DNA from: a virus
Reading direction: 5' to 3' (one strand)
Virus record (IMG/VR): IMGVR_UViG_3300009103_001934
Coordinates: 64,001-128,000 of that record
DNA: 64,000 bases
Both the position numbers and the translations under genes were made by a program. Of the stretch, positions 18,960 to 28,944 are shown in pieces (position 1 is the first letter of the stretch; the number at the start of each line of letters is the position of its first letter). A model generated the notes under the pieces. It was not told where the DNA came from. It did no database searches and was given only the letters and a program-made list of their open reading frames with translations.

Positions 18960-19561
18960 TAAATAAGGGGTATAAGAAGTTTTTTTCGTTTAGGCCATTT
19001 ATCGATGTGCTCTTTTGCTGTCTATTAATGTTAGTGGCGATCCTTTTTCTTTTGAAGACAGAGGAGCAGAAGACCAAGTCTCGACCACCTAATGTTATTT
19101 ATGAAGTAGTGTTAACATGGGATGGAAATAGCGAAGACGACTTAGACCTTTATGTTAAGTCTGCGGCGGGACATATCGCCTCATTTAACAGGAGAGAAGG
19201 GGGGCAGGGCAGCTTAATTAGTCTGGACCATGACGCTTTAGGTAAACGCAGAAATAACAGTTTAACAGAGGGGCAAGAAGGAACAGTAGTTGAGTATAAT
19301 GAAGAGATTACATCTTTTCGGGGAGTTACTGCTGGCGAAAATGTAGTCACCGTCCATGTGTACGCAAAGAGAGACGAAAAACCCACTTCAGCGACAATTA
19401 AATTAATTAAAATTAAACCATATAAAGAAGTTATTGTAAAAAAGAAAGATTTTTCAGCGACAGGTCAAGAGATCACCGCCTTTCGTTTCATAACAGATAA
19501 GGACGGGAATATAGTGGATATTAATGAGCTACCGGCAAATCTGGTTAATCCATTAGAGTAA
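18956..19561 (+). CDS. MotB/ExbD-like partner with periplasmic domain
   Basis: PFIDVLF (TM Asp), then W...DDLDLYV / LDHD / EITS domain. Confidence 0.65.
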   Translation: MINKGYKKFFSFRPFIDVLFCCLLMLVAILFLLKTEEQKTKSRPPNVIYEVVLTWDGNSEDDLDLYVKSAAGHIASFNRREGGQGSLISLDHDALGKRRNNSLTEGQEGTVVEYNEEITSFRGVTAGENVVTVHVYAKRDEKPTSATIKLIKIKPYKEVIVKKKDFSATGQEITAFRFITDKDGNIVDINELPANLVNPLE

Positions 19562-19571
19562 CTTTAATAAA

Positions 19572-20006
19572 ATGATTTACGTATTATATGGGCAACCGGG
19601 CTCAGGTAAGACCAGTCTGGGCGAATTGTTATCGGAACATTTAGACACCCCGTTTATTATCGACGGCGATGAATTTAGAAAGATGTTTACTAACACAAAT
19701 TATGGTCGAGAAGGTCGAGAAGAAAATATCAAAAACGCTAATGCAGTTGCAACTTATTTAAATAAAAAGAGTCGACCTAATGGGCACGTAATTATGAGCT
19801 TAGTAAACCCTTACGAACACCTTAGGCGTAGACTAAAAGAAAATAACACCGATCAAGTTATGGAGATATTATTAAATTCAACAAGGGGATTAAGAAAAGA
19901 ATATCACGTAGAAGATTTCGAGCGGGGGACCCCAGATTTTAGTATTGACACTGATCCGCAATTAGATTATACTTGGAATGTACTTAAGCAGCTGCTAAAA
20001 ATATGA
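19572..20006 (+). CDS. Adenylylsulfate kinase-like P-loop kinase
   Basis: GQPGSGKT, IDGDEFR, GREEN, NPY. Confidence 0.7.
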   Translation: MIYVLYGQPGSGKTSLGELLSEHLDTPFIIDGDEFRKMFTNTNYGREGREENIKNANAVATYLNKKSRPNGHVIMSLVNPYEHLRRRLKENNTDQVMEILLNSTRGLRKEYHVEDFERGTPDFSIDTDPQLDYTWNVLKQLLKI

Positions 20007-20200
20007 GAGCACTTTTATTAATCATATCGTTTTTATTGGCAGGATGCAGAACCTATTATGCTCCTAGCGGAAAAGCTTTCCCTTGGGGTTGGGGTAAGCC
20101 GCCCGAGATACAAACCAAAGACTATCGTCCCTTACCTTATGGATATGGGCACGGGAGTAGCACGCTTTACAATTGGATAATGGAAAATAAGAAGCTTTAG
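20003..20200 (+). CDS. Small lipoprotein
   Basis: Hydrophobic leader with LAGC lipobox. Confidence 0.65.
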   Translation: MRALLLIISFLLAGCRTYYAPSGKAFPWGWGKPPEIQTKDYRPLPYGYGHGSSTLYNWIMENKKL

Positions 20201-20276
20201 CTCCGGTAGCTCAAGGGGTTAGAGCACACGCCTTATAAGCGTGAGGTTGTGGGTTCGATGCCCACTCGGAGTACCA
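20200..20276 (+). tRNA. tRNA-Ile (UAU)
   Basis: Acceptor GCTCCGG/TCGGAGT-ACCA; anticodon arm CACGC-CTTATAA-GCGTG. Confidence 0.92.
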
Positions 20277-20280
20277 AATT

Positions 20281-20478
20281 ATGAAAAGATATAAATCAAG
20301 GCTAAATATTAAAATTAGTGATTACTATGGCAAGATTGCTCTCTGGATGATTGCAATAGTATGTACGTTAGGATTTGCAGCTATCCCATTCCAACTCTGG
20401 TTAGCTAAGGTTATCTTGGATAACTGGGAAGTGCATGAAACCGTTAGTCACGGTGGCGAAGGTGGGTTTGACAAATAG
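20281..20478 (+). CDS. Small membrane protein
   Basis: Central TM segment. Confidence 0.5.
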   Translation: MKRYKSRLNIKISDYYGKIALWMIAIVCTLGFAAIPFQLWLAKVILDNWEVHETVSHGGEGGFDK

Positions 20479-20493
20479 ACGGCTAAATGTAAA

Positions 20494-20787
20494 ATGATGA
20501 AGAAGTATAAAGGAGTACCCCTTAACGACGACACCCTTGAAGAAGTCATGGCTAGTGATTTTCCGAGGGTTTATATACATGACATGAAAGATAACCCAGA
20601 CGATAGCTGCTCTATGGAAATTTCTACTAATAAAGCTTTTGACGAACTCTTTAAGAAAGAAAAAAATCGTAAGCGAATTAGCAATAAAGGAATACAGGAG
20701 TTTTTTATAGAGCTACTCGAAAAGGGTCTAGCTGAAGAAGATGGGTATGATATTCAAACATTAAAGAAAGGAAAACAAAATGGCTGA
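20494..20787 (+). CDS. Hypothetical protein
   Basis: Charged ORF; likely ATG at 20514. Confidence 0.55.
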   Translation: MMKKYKGVPLNDDTLEEVMASDFPRVYIHDMKDNPDDSCSMEISTNKAFDELFKKEKNRKRISNKGIQEFFIELLEKGLAEEDGYDIQTLKKGKQNG

Positions 20788-20934
20788 TTTTTGTTGGGAT
20801 TGCACTTGGGAAACCCTTGGGGTTGAAAGCGAATTAAATGATATGAAAAACCTCTGCAAAGAAGGTGAATATGTTCGCGTTTTGTGTGAGGGGTGTGGAG
20901 AAATAATAGTGGATAATAAAGGGAAAAAACAAGA

Positions 20935-21510
20935 ATGAATATAGCATTACCGATTTTATTATTAGTATTTGGTGGCCTAAGCTTTTGGGTACTAAATGAA
21001 TCTAAACTCAAGTGGTATTTTAAGACTGCTTGTATAACGACTTTTTGCTTGTTTACAGTAGTTTTTTGGTCGTCTATTCATACTTTTCTGGGTTGGCCCG
21101 CTCTGGAAGACGATATGCCAGAGAAAGTATTAATTCACTGGGTAATTATTAAAGAGCCAAATAAATCTACCCACTATAATGGGAGAATTTTTATTCTTCT
21201 TGAGTCTGTGGGAGAAGTAGAATCAAGCACCTTGGCTAGATTTTTTGGTTACAGAAGAGAGAAGGTCGAGCCACGCTTGTATGGTTTAAAATATAATAGA
21301 GGCCTGCACGAACAACTGCAAGGGATTAAAAATAAACTAAAAAGCGGCCAGCCCGTACCGGGAAAGTTAAAAAAGAGCGGTAAAAAAGGTAACGGTAAAG
21401 AGGGCCCAGAAAAAACAGCGAAAGAGGGCGGGGGAAGTGAGTCTCAGGAGCAAGATTGGGAGTTTCACGAATTACAGCCGTCGGATATACACAACAAGCC
21501 AGATAGATGA
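20935..21510 (+). CDS. Two-TM membrane protein with soluble domain
   Basis: Two N-terminal TMs, LGWP, EP. Confidence 0.65.
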   Translation: MNIALPILLLVFGGLSFWVLNESKLKWYFKTACITTFCLFTVVFWSSIHTFLGWPALEDDMPEKVLIHWVIIKEPNKSTHYNGRIFILLESVGEVESSTLARFFGYRREKVEPRLYGLKYNRGLHEQLQGIKNKLKSGQPVPGKLKKSGKKGNGKEGPEKTAKEGGGSESQEQDWEFHELQPSDIHNKPDR

Positions 21511-21513
21511 GAG

Positions 21514-22356
21514 ATGAGTTTATTATATCCATTAGCGAAGCGCTTTATTGCTGGGCACAGCTTTGAGTCAGCTAAGCCGGTAATAAAAAAGATGATAGAT
21601 GACGGGTATGAAGTCTCTGTAGATTTCATGGGAGAAAACAGTACGACTTACAAACAAGCGAGAAAAGCCTATAAGCAATATAAAGAAATAATCAACGAGC
21701 TTAAAGATTACAATATAGATATTTCCATTAAGCCGTCCCAGCTTGGGCTAAATATTCATCCTTATTTATCTTATATATTTTTACATAGTTTAACCAAGCT
21801 CTCATCAAAATACGGGCAGACCATACGTTTAGATATGGAAGATTCATCCGTGACAGAACTAACTCGTAATCTGGCGATATCTTTACACAAAAAATACGGT
21901 AACGTGGGCGTAGCCGTACAAGCTAACCTTTATCGAACGAGCGAAGACCTAAGGCACTTAATAAAATTTGGAGTCTCCATTAGGCTCGTTAAGGGAGCAT
22001 ATAAAGAGAGTCCTCAAGTAGCACATGCTTACGAGGACCATGTTAAGGCCAGCTTCTTTGACTATGCCGCGCGTTTATATTCAGAAAAAGCAAATAAGCC
22101 AGCAATAGCGACGCACGATGAAGAGTTACTTAATGATATAGAAGAACTCATTCCCAACGCTCATTCCTTCTTTGATTATGAGTTTCTTTACGGAATACGC
22201 AGAGATTTACAAAAAAGCTTGAAAGATAAGGGGGCTTGTGTTAGAATATATATACCGTTTGGAACCGAGTGGTTGCCATATACGATGAGAAGGTTGAGAG
22301 AATGGAAGAACTTAAAGTTCGTAATTAAAAATATATTTAAAGAATGGTTTTCTTAA
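21514..22356 (+). CDS. Monofunctional proline dehydrogenase
   Basis: RFIAG, RLDMED, RLVKGAY, ATHD, YGIR, YIPFG.EW..Y.MRRL. Confidence 0.9.
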   Translation: MSLLYPLAKRFIAGHSFESAKPVIKKMIDDGYEVSVDFMGENSTTYKQARKAYKQYKEIINELKDYNIDISIKPSQLGLNIHPYLSYIFLHSLTKLSSKYGQTIRLDMEDSSVTELTRNLAISLHKKYGNVGVAVQANLYRTSEDLRHLIKFGVSIRLVKGAYKESPQVAHAYEDHVKASFFDYAARLYSEKANKPAIATHDEELLNDIEELIPNAHSFFDYEFLYGIRRDLQKSLKDKGACVRIYIPFGTEWLPYTMRRLREWKNLKFVIKNIFKEWFS

Positions 22357-22423
22357 TACTAGGCGCGACAGTAGGTATTACAATTTTAATAGGTATTGCT
22401 TTATTTAAATTTATAGAATTAAA

Positions 22424-22975
22424 ATGAATAGGAGACAGTTTATAAAATCAGCAGGGGTAGCAGCAGCTTTACCCGCGATAGCAATTACTTGCAAATACGA
22501 AGACGACGAAAAAGGCCCGGAGAAGGAAAGCTCTGGTGGGAAGCGTTGGGATTATAGGGTTTATTGCTATGAGCGAGAGCAGGGAGAGTGGACGTTTAGT
22601 CAAAATATTAAAGGTAGCTTTGCTTACCAAAGAGAGTATATGACCTTTGAAGAGGATCAAGGGTGGCCTTATGCTGGCTGGATGGACGGGGGTAAGTTAC
22701 ACTTCGCCGACTTTGATGACGCAATTGATTTTATTGATATGCATGTTAGAGCCAAGGATGATACCAATCTTATAGATTCTATTTATGATGTTTATTATGT
22801 CAAAAGAGGCGTTGAGCGGGTTAACGGCGAAGATGTCTATCCAGAAACAGAAATAAAAGTAGCACACTATTGGTTTAATGCAGACACGGGCAGAACTATC
22901 ATATGGGAACAGGATGGATTTAATCGCGAAACGGGCGATGGGTTAACAGACTGGGGTAAAGTAGAATGTGCGTAG
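22424..22975 (+). CDS. Tat-exported protein (possibly lipoprotein)
   Basis: MNRRQFIK twin-arginine motif, hydrophobic stretch, Cys. Confidence 0.65.
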   Translation: MNRRQFIKSAGVAAALPAIAITCKYEDDEKGPEKESSGGKRWDYRVYCYEREQGEWTFSQNIKGSFAYQREYMTFEEDQGWPYAGWMDGGKLHFADFDDAIDFIDMHVRAKDDTNLIDSIYDVYYVKRGVERVNGEDVYPETEIKVAHYWFNADTGRTIIWEQDGFNRETGDGLTDWGKVECA

Positions 22976-22980
22976 ATTTT

Positions 22981-23067
22981 GGCGAAGTGGTGGAATTGGT
23001 ATACACAACAGACTTAAAATCTGTCGGCGGGTTCGCTATGCGGGTTCGAGTCCCGCCTTCGCTACCA
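22981..23067 (+). tRNA. tRNA-Leu (UAA)
   Basis: Acceptor GGCGAAG/CTTCGCT-ACCA; ACAGA-CTTAAAA-TCTGT; long variable arm. Confidence 0.95.
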
Positions 23068-23078
23068 AATCGTAGTTT

Positions 23079-23714
23079 ATGACACCTAGAGAACACAAAG
23101 AGTACGCAGAGAAAGAGCAAGAACTCAGGCTAGAGAAGCTTAAGCAGATTGCAGAAGACTGGATCGTGCCCGTCGATCATGATGACTCCGAAGGAACAGT
23201 GACGTTCAACGATGCCCTAGCAGACATGAAGGAGTGGAGCCTTGATCAAGGTGATGTACCGTTAATAATTAAATTGATTGAAAATCCAGATTACAAGACT
23301 TCTAAGTTATTTACGGGAGCGGTAGACTTGTTTACTCACGATTGTATTCATATTTTACTCGGACGAGGAATTCTAGTGAAAGACGAGGCGTTTGTAATCG
23401 GCTACACCATGGGATCATCTCACAAAATGAAGAGGTGGCGTAGGAATTTGTTTATGTTCTGCGCGAAATATTTATACCCAGCGGAATATAAATTCGGTGA
23501 AGAGGAGAGATTTATTTTTAACTTGGGAGTTAAAGCGGGGAGCGCATGCCCTATCGATTTGACTCGGGTAGATTTTAAAGAGTACATTATGGATGATATA
23601 CACTATGCTCGGTATGATTTGGGCATAGATTTAGAAGATTTAAAGGCTTGTTATAGGTTGGAAAAGCGACTCTTCCCTGAGAGCAAAGAAAGCCAAAGGT
23701 TAATTTATGACTAA
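23079..23714 (+). CDS. Coq4-like HDxxH-x11-E metalloprotein
   Basis: HDCIH-ILLGRGILVKD-E has the Coq4 motif spacing. Confidence 0.55.
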   Translation: MTPREHKEYAEKEQELRLEKLKQIAEDWIVPVDHDDSEGTVTFNDALADMKEWSLDQGDVPLIIKLIENPDYKTSKLFTGAVDLFTHDCIHILLGRGILVKDEAFVIGYTMGSSHKMKRWRRNLFMFCAKYLYPAEYKFGEEERFIFNLGVKAGSACPIDLTRVDFKEYIMDDIHYARYDLGIDLEDLKACYRLEKRLFPESKESQRLIYD

Positions 23715-23961
23715 TAAACAGGAGGAGTCTTGGAAAAATTATGGCGATAAAGTGGTTGAAAGGATTGGTTGGCTCGGTGCGATCTTTGTTGTCCTTGGTT
23801 ATTATCTTAATGCTAACCAGCTTTTATCTTCTTGGGTCTGTTGGACTATTGGTAATCTTTGCGTTGCTGGATATTCTGCGCATAAAAAAGCTTGGCCTAC
23901 TTTTGTGATGTCACTTGTTATCGCCATTTTAAACGTATACGGATATTTTTGTTGGAAATGA
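23707..23961 (+). CDS. Small three-TM protein (short PnuC-like)
   Basis: Three hydrophobic helices; W..W..GN. Confidence 0.45.
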   Translation: MTNKQEESWKNYGDKVVERIGWLGAIFVVLGYYLNANQLLSSWVCWTIGNLCVAGYSAHKKAWPTFVMSLVIAILNVYGYFCWK

Positions 23962-24725
23962 AATTCTTAGTGATAGGAGATAGCTGTACGGATAAGTTTA
24001 TCTATGGTAAATGCGAGAGAATGTGTCCCGAAGCGCCCGTGCCCGTTTTTAACCCCGTCAAGGAAAAGATCAACGGGGGCATGGCTGCTAATGTTCAAGC
24101 AAACGTCAAGGCTCTAGGGGTAGATTGCGATTTAATAACTCACACTAATGAAATATTAAAAACTCGTTATGTAGACATTAAGACAAATCAGATGTTATTA
24201 AGGATAGATGAAAATGATGAAACGGAAGATAAGTTTAATTATAAGGATGTCCCTTGGGGTAGGTATGACGCAGTTTTAGTTTCTAATTACGGTAAGGGTT
24301 TTCTCCGTACCTGCGCAATCCGTGATATATGTCAGTACCACGACAACGTTTATTTAGACAGTAATAAAGTTGAAATGAATTGTGATTTACCCCTTAACTT
24401 AAGATTTTTAAAGATAAACCAATACGAACTTGAGATAAATAAACACTGGAAACACCACCTAACGCCTAGCCAACACGGCCGTAGCGAGTACAATAGACCA
24501 GCGCAAATAATCGTGACCCTAGGACATAAAGGTTGTCAATACATGGGAAAAGTATACCCTCCGCCCAAAAAAGTAATCGCTCAAGACTTATCTGGCGCGG
24601 GAGATACTTTTCTAGCGGCTCTAGCCGTCTCCATGACAAGAGTAGGGGATGTAGATACGGCAATAAACTACGCTAATGAATGCGCTTGTAAAGTAGTAGC
24701 AAAGAGAGGCGTAGCGACAATATGA
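23958..24725 (+). CDS. HldE/RfaE heptose-7-phosphate kinase domain (PfkB family)
   Basis: VIGD...D...G...R..PEAPVP, GGMAANV, TLGHKG, DLSGAGDTF. Confidence 0.85.
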   Translation: MKFLVIGDSCTDKFIYGKCERMCPEAPVPVFNPVKEKINGGMAANVQANVKALGVDCDLITHTNEILKTRYVDIKTNQMLLRIDENDETEDKFNYKDVPWGRYDAVLVSNYGKGFLRTCAIRDICQYHDNVYLDSNKVEMNCDLPLNLRFLKINQYELEINKHWKHHLTPSQHGRSEYNRPAQIIVTLGHKGCQYMGKVYPPPKKVIAQDLSGAGDTFLAALAVSMTRVGDVDTAINYANECACKVVAKRGVATI

Positions 24726-24925
24726 AAACTAAGGAAAAGCCAAAAAAGAAAAAATGGAAGACTAAAGACCCGACTTGGGAGACGCACACCTACGGAAACG
24801 ATAGAAAAGCTCCGTTTGATATAGAATGGTTAAAGTATTATAACCCCATGGAAGGTAAGGATCAAATATTGTTTATTTATAAAGCCAAAAGGGGCAAAAA
24901 AATTTATAAGTACAGGATATTATAA
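24722..24925 (+). CDS. Hypothetical basic protein
   Basis: Coupled ORF. Confidence 0.5.
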   Translation: MKTKEKPKKKKWKTKDPTWETHTYGNDRKAPFDIEWLKYYNPMEGKDQILFIYKAKRGKKIYKYRIL

Positions 24926-25021
24926 TGGAAGACTTAAGTCTACTTCAAAGAACTAAGTATCTGTTTTTAGTAGCGATTTACAGCGTAGCATATTTTTTTT
25001 ACGCTATATTTGTTGGAATTT

Positions 25022-25648
25022 ATGAGTACATTAGAAGCAAGTTCACTGATAGTTGAAGACCCATTCACTTTCGTGGAAGAAATGGTACAAGATGATAAAA
25101 AGGACGACCTTTTCTTGGAGCAAATGTGTCTTTTCGAGGAAGATGAGCCGGACTACCCATCGGGTCAAAATATTATTAAAGTCAATCAAATGAGAGTATG
25201 CGATACAGATTTTGTTGGCTTTAACGGTGAGGGCCGAAAACAGATGAAGTATAATTGGTCAATAGAAGACATGAGAACGGCCAAACCGGAGTTCGTTGCT
25301 CATAAAGCTGGGCCAGACGGACTCCCCTACCTTATAAACATCAAAACTGGAAGAAAAAGGAAGGTTAAGTTTCCGGAAGGAGAGGGAGTACACAACAAGG
25401 GCCGTAACCTTTACCCTAACCTTGGTTATAACTGCATAAAAAAAGACGGTAAGACGAAGGGTGCTTCGGCTTTGGCGCATAGATTTTTTGCTATATTATT
25501 TATAGAAAACCCTGACACCTCATTTTATACCGAAGTAAATCACAAAGATGGAGATAAGTCAAATTATAGATTAGATAATTTAGAGTGGGTTGACCCTAGC
25601 TCCCACGCTAAAAAAGACGCACAGCGCAGAAAAGAACAACAAAAATGA
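25022..25648 (+). CDS. HNH endonuclease
   Basis: AHRFFA...F, EVNHKDGDKSNYRLDNLEWV. Confidence 0.85.
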   Translation: MSTLEASSLIVEDPFTFVEEMVQDDKKDDLFLEQMCLFEEDEPDYPSGQNIIKVNQMRVCDTDFVGFNGEGRKQMKYNWSIEDMRTAKPEFVAHKAGPDGLPYLINIKTGRKRKVKFPEGEGVHNKGRNLYPNLGYNCIKKDGKTKGASALAHRFFAILFIENPDTSFYTEVNHKDGDKSNYRLDNLEWVDPSSHAKKDAQRRKEQQK

Positions 25649-26310
25649 ACGTTAAATTAGTATCCCTAACTCAACCCCAAGTCGAAGGAATCGAAAGCGC
25701 CGAAGATATTATCTCTTACTGCGCTAGAGTTTCTAATCCCAAAAACCAAATGAATACGGCGACAGCGCCAAAGTTAATTGCTTTTTTAATTAAGCATAAG
25801 CACTGGTCTCCGTTTGAGCTAGCCTCTATGTGCGTTGAGATTACCACAAGTAGAGCTATTGCCGCGCAGATTCTTCGTCATCGTAGCTTTAGTTTTCAAG
25901 AATTTAGTCAACGATATAGCGAGGCTCAAGTAATGGAGCCTGTGGAGGTGAGACAGCAAGCCGAAAAGAATAGGCAAAGCAGTAAAGACGTGATAAACCC
26001 TTCGGTTAACGGATTTGTCAACGCTAAACAAGCCATAGCCGTGCATGAACGTAAATCTTTGCAGCTTTATAATGATTTACTTAGGAATGGAGTAGCTAAG
26101 GAGTGCGCCAGAATGGTTTTACCGCTCACTACTCAAACTACCATATACATGAGTGGAACAGTGAGAAGTTGGGTGCATTATATTGATTTACGAACAGAAG
26201 GTAATACTCAAAAAGAACATAGAGAGGTCGCAGAAGCAATTAAATTAATTTTTATTGATAACTTCCCTAATGTTTCTGAGGCCTTAGCGTGGAAAAGAGT
26301 TGACAAATAA
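25645..26310 (+). CDS. thyX: FAD-dependent thymidylate synthase
   Basis: HWSPFE, RHRSFSFQEFSQRY, ARMVLP, R....QKEHR. Confidence 0.95.
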   Translation: MNVKLVSLTQPQVEGIESAEDIISYCARVSNPKNQMNTATAPKLIAFLIKHKHWSPFELASMCVEITTSRAIAAQILRHRSFSFQEFSQRYSEAQVMEPVEVRQQAEKNRQSSKDVINPSVNGFVNAKQAIAVHERKSLQLYNDLLRNGVAKECARMVLPLTTQTTIYMSGTVRSWVHYIDLRTEGNTQKEHREVAEAIKLIFIDNFPNVSEALAWKRVDK

Positions 26311-26328
26311 GAAGAACCATAATATACT
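26300..26328 (+). promoter_or_regulatory. sigma70-type promoter
   Basis: TTGACA-N17-TATACT. Confidence 0.75.
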
Positions 26329-26342
26329 TGTGATCGTGGTAG

Positions 26343-26570
26343 ATGACTGCAAGCGATTTCGACAAACCAAAGTGGGAGGTAAAGCTTTTCTACAAAGCTC
26401 TGAAAAACTATGTTGTAAAAGCGGACTCTAGGGAAGAAGCGCATAAATTAGCCTATAATGCTTTTTTGGACGCTAATCCTGACGAATTACTTGGAGAATC
26501 AGAGATAGCAGATGATTTTATAGAGACAACGATCGAAGGAGAGGAAGGCTCAGATATGCTACATGAATAA
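26343..26570 (+). CDS. Hypothetical acidic protein
   Basis: ORF behind promoter. Confidence 0.6.
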   Translation: MTASDFDKPKWEVKLFYKALKNYVVKADSREEAHKLAYNAFLDANPDELLGESEIADDFIETTIEGEEGSDMLHE

Positions 26571-26754
26571 CGAGAAAAAAATAAAAATAGTAACAGGGAT
26601 GGTAGCAGAAATGCTAGAGTTAGCCAAAGCCGTAGATGAAAGGCACAAAGCAAGGATGCTGACCAAAGGACAAGGAGAACAATCCCTAGGAGAAAGTTGG
26701 GTTATTTTTCACCTTAAAGCAATTAAAGAATTATTAGAAGATGAGTCTGTTTGA
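26563..26754 (+). CDS. Hypothetical protein
   Basis: Coupled ORF. Confidence 0.55.
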   Translation: MNNEKKIKIVTGMVAEMLELAKAVDERHKARMLTKGQGEQSLGESWVIFHLKAIKELLEDESV

Positions 26755-27316
26755 TACTATTATTTGTGACTACCCCCTTCCCCTCCCAGATTTTACAGAA
26801 GAGGAATTGGAAGACATCAACTCCGGAGAAGAGGGCTGGAGCGATTGGTCCGAAGTGGAATGGCAAACGAAGGACATGGGAGGCATGCTTGATGTTTATA
26901 CCATAGAGGACGATGGGCAGATATACCTACGTCCTACGCAGTGGAGCCTTGTCCAAGATGAAGAGAGAGGGGAGGTCACCGCAGAAGAGGGGGAGTTAGA
27001 AAAATTTGAAAAGACCGCGGAAATAAACTTCTACCAATTCTTTACGGGTAAAAAAAACGATCACTGGATTGAATTTAAAGCGGTAGTCTGGAAAGGCGAT
27101 TTAAAAGAGCTAGAGCTAGTAGAATATAAAAAAGAAGATAATTCCGATAGGATAAAAATGCAAAAGCAAATGCAAAAAGAATTAAAATCTGCCAGTTTAG
27201 TGAGTAAGCCCTATAAGGTATACAGATGGGTTGTATGCAAGCCTCTGGAGATTATGCGCCTTGTTATGGGTTTTATTATCGGAGTGACACTAAAGATAGA
27301 AAGGTGGCTACCGTAA
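26741..27316 (+). CDS. Hypothetical protein
   Basis: 191 aa coupled ORF. Confidence 0.65.
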   Translation: MSLFDTIICDYPLPLPDFTEEELEDINSGEEGWSDWSEVEWQTKDMGGMLDVYTIEDDGQIYLRPTQWSLVQDEERGEVTAEEGELEKFEKTAEINFYQFFTGKKNDHWIEFKAVVWKGDLKELELVEYKKEDNSDRIKMQKQMQKELKSASLVSKPYKVYRWVVCKPLEIMRLVMGFIIGVTLKIERWLP

Positions 27317-27615
27317 TGCCTTTTCAATCAAAACCCTATATTAAAGTGGGCAAACCGAAGAATACTTTTATTCCTCGCCCCCCCAAATTTGCAACGCATG
27401 CAGTTATGAAGTGTTACGACGAGCTAGCTCATAATGGAAAGCCCAAAACAGCAACCTTGCCCATTCAGGATTTTGACTGTTTCTTGGGGGTGTCGGGAGA
27501 TTTTAAATATATTCGCATGGATAAGAAGGGCAAGATTCACGAAAAATATAAAGAAACTTGGTATTGGGATGGGCGCTGTGTTCCAGAAATACAAGGGATG
27601 ATTAATGAGAATTGA
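27316..27615 (+). CDS. Hypothetical protein
   Basis: TAATG overlap start. Confidence 0.55.
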   Translation: MPFQSKPYIKVGKPKNTFIPRPPKFATHAVMKCYDELAHNGKPKTATLPIQDFDCFLGVSGDFKYIRMDKKGKIHEKYKETWYWDGRCVPEIQGMINEN

Positions 27616-28759
27616 AGAGGACATAAAGTTAGACTACAAGGACGTTCTCCTACGCCCCAAGCGTTCAGAGCTTACCTCTCGCAAAGAGGTAGACCTTATG
27701 CGCGAGTTTACTTTTAAGAACGCTGGCGGTGAAGGTTCTGATCCCAAAGCTTATGGCTGGAAAGGTATTCCTATTGTTGCAGCAAATATGGATACAGTTG
27801 GCACCTTTGAAACAGCTAAAGCTCTTGCACAACACCATATGTTGACCTGTATCAGTAAGCATAATGATATAAAAAGATGGCTCCATAAATTAAATGGCTA
27901 TGGAGTCTACAAAAGCTCAGAACAAAGGGAGGGTGGTGTTTGGAAGCATGACCGTCACTCCGATAATTGGCAGAATAGAATTTATGAACACATTTCTCCT
28001 TCTATTGGTATTAAGTATGACCCAGAGAAGGCCGATGACATAGATTATCTAAATACTATTACATGGAATTTTTATCATACTAGATTCGTATGTATTGATG
28101 CAGCGAATGGGTATACATCAAGGTTTTGTGATTTTATTAAACGAGTTAGAGACGAACACCCCGCGCTTATTATTATTGCGGGTAATGTCGTCACTGGCGA
28201 AATGACAGAGGAGATTATATTAAGTGGAGCAGATATTGTCAAAGTGGGTATTGGTGGCGGGAGTGTCTGCACTACTCGCGTACAAACTGGCGTTGGCTAT
28301 CCCCAACTCTCGGCGGTTATCGAATGTGCGGATGCGGCTCACGGTATTGGTGGTCACATTATGGCTGACGGCGGTTGTGTGTGCGCTGGTGATATTGCCA
28401 AAGCTTTTTGCGCTGGGGCTGATTTTGTTATGCTTGGCGGTATGTTGGCGGGACATACTGAATCTGCTGGACAAGAAGAGGAAGTAGATGGTGTTAAATA
28501 TAAGACTTTTTACGGCATGAGCTCGGACACAGCCATGAACAAGTATCATGGAGGCGTTGCGAAGTATCGTTCTTCAGAAGGAAAAACAACAAGAATTAAA
28601 CACCGCGGGCTTATTAAAAATACCGTGGAAAGTATTCTCGGTGGCTTGCGTAGCACTTGTACTTATATCGGCGCTAGGAAATTGAAAGATATGCCTAAGT
28701 GTGCTACATTTGTGAGGGTATCTCAGCAGTCAAATGAGGTATTTGGGAGGAACATTTAA
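27605..28759 (+). CDS. guaC: GMP reductase
   Basis: [46 protein letters not shown]. Confidence 0.92.
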   Translation: MRIEEDIKLDYKDVLLRPKRSELTSRKEVDLMREFTFKNAGGEGSDPKAYGWKGIPIVAANMDTVGTFETAKALAQHHMLTCISKHNDIKRWLHKLNGYGVYKSSEQREGGVWKHDRHSDNWQNRIYEHISPSIGIKYDPEKADDIDYLNTITWNFYHTRFVCIDAANGYTSRFCDFIKRVRDEHPALIIIAGNVVTGEMTEEIILSGADIVKVGIGGGSVCTTRVQTGVGYPQLSAVIECADAAHGIGGHIMADGGCVCAGDIAKAFCAGADFVMLGGMLAGHTESAGQEEEVDGVKYKTFYGMSSDTAMNKYHGGVAKYRSSEGKTTRIKHRGLIKNTVESILGGLRSTCTYIGARKLKDMPKCATFVRVSQQSNEVFGRNI

Positions 28760-28944
28760 ATAATGGAAGAACAAGAGAGCAAAACATGGGTAGCGGTTGT
28801 TTATGACGGGCAGGACAAGATAAACTCTCGAATATTTCGGGGGAGTGAGGAAGAGATTGTCAGGCCCGAGGCCCTAAAATGGGTTACCGAACTGTACGGA
28901 CAAGGGACAGATTGGTCACTACACGAAATCAATAGATAAAATTA

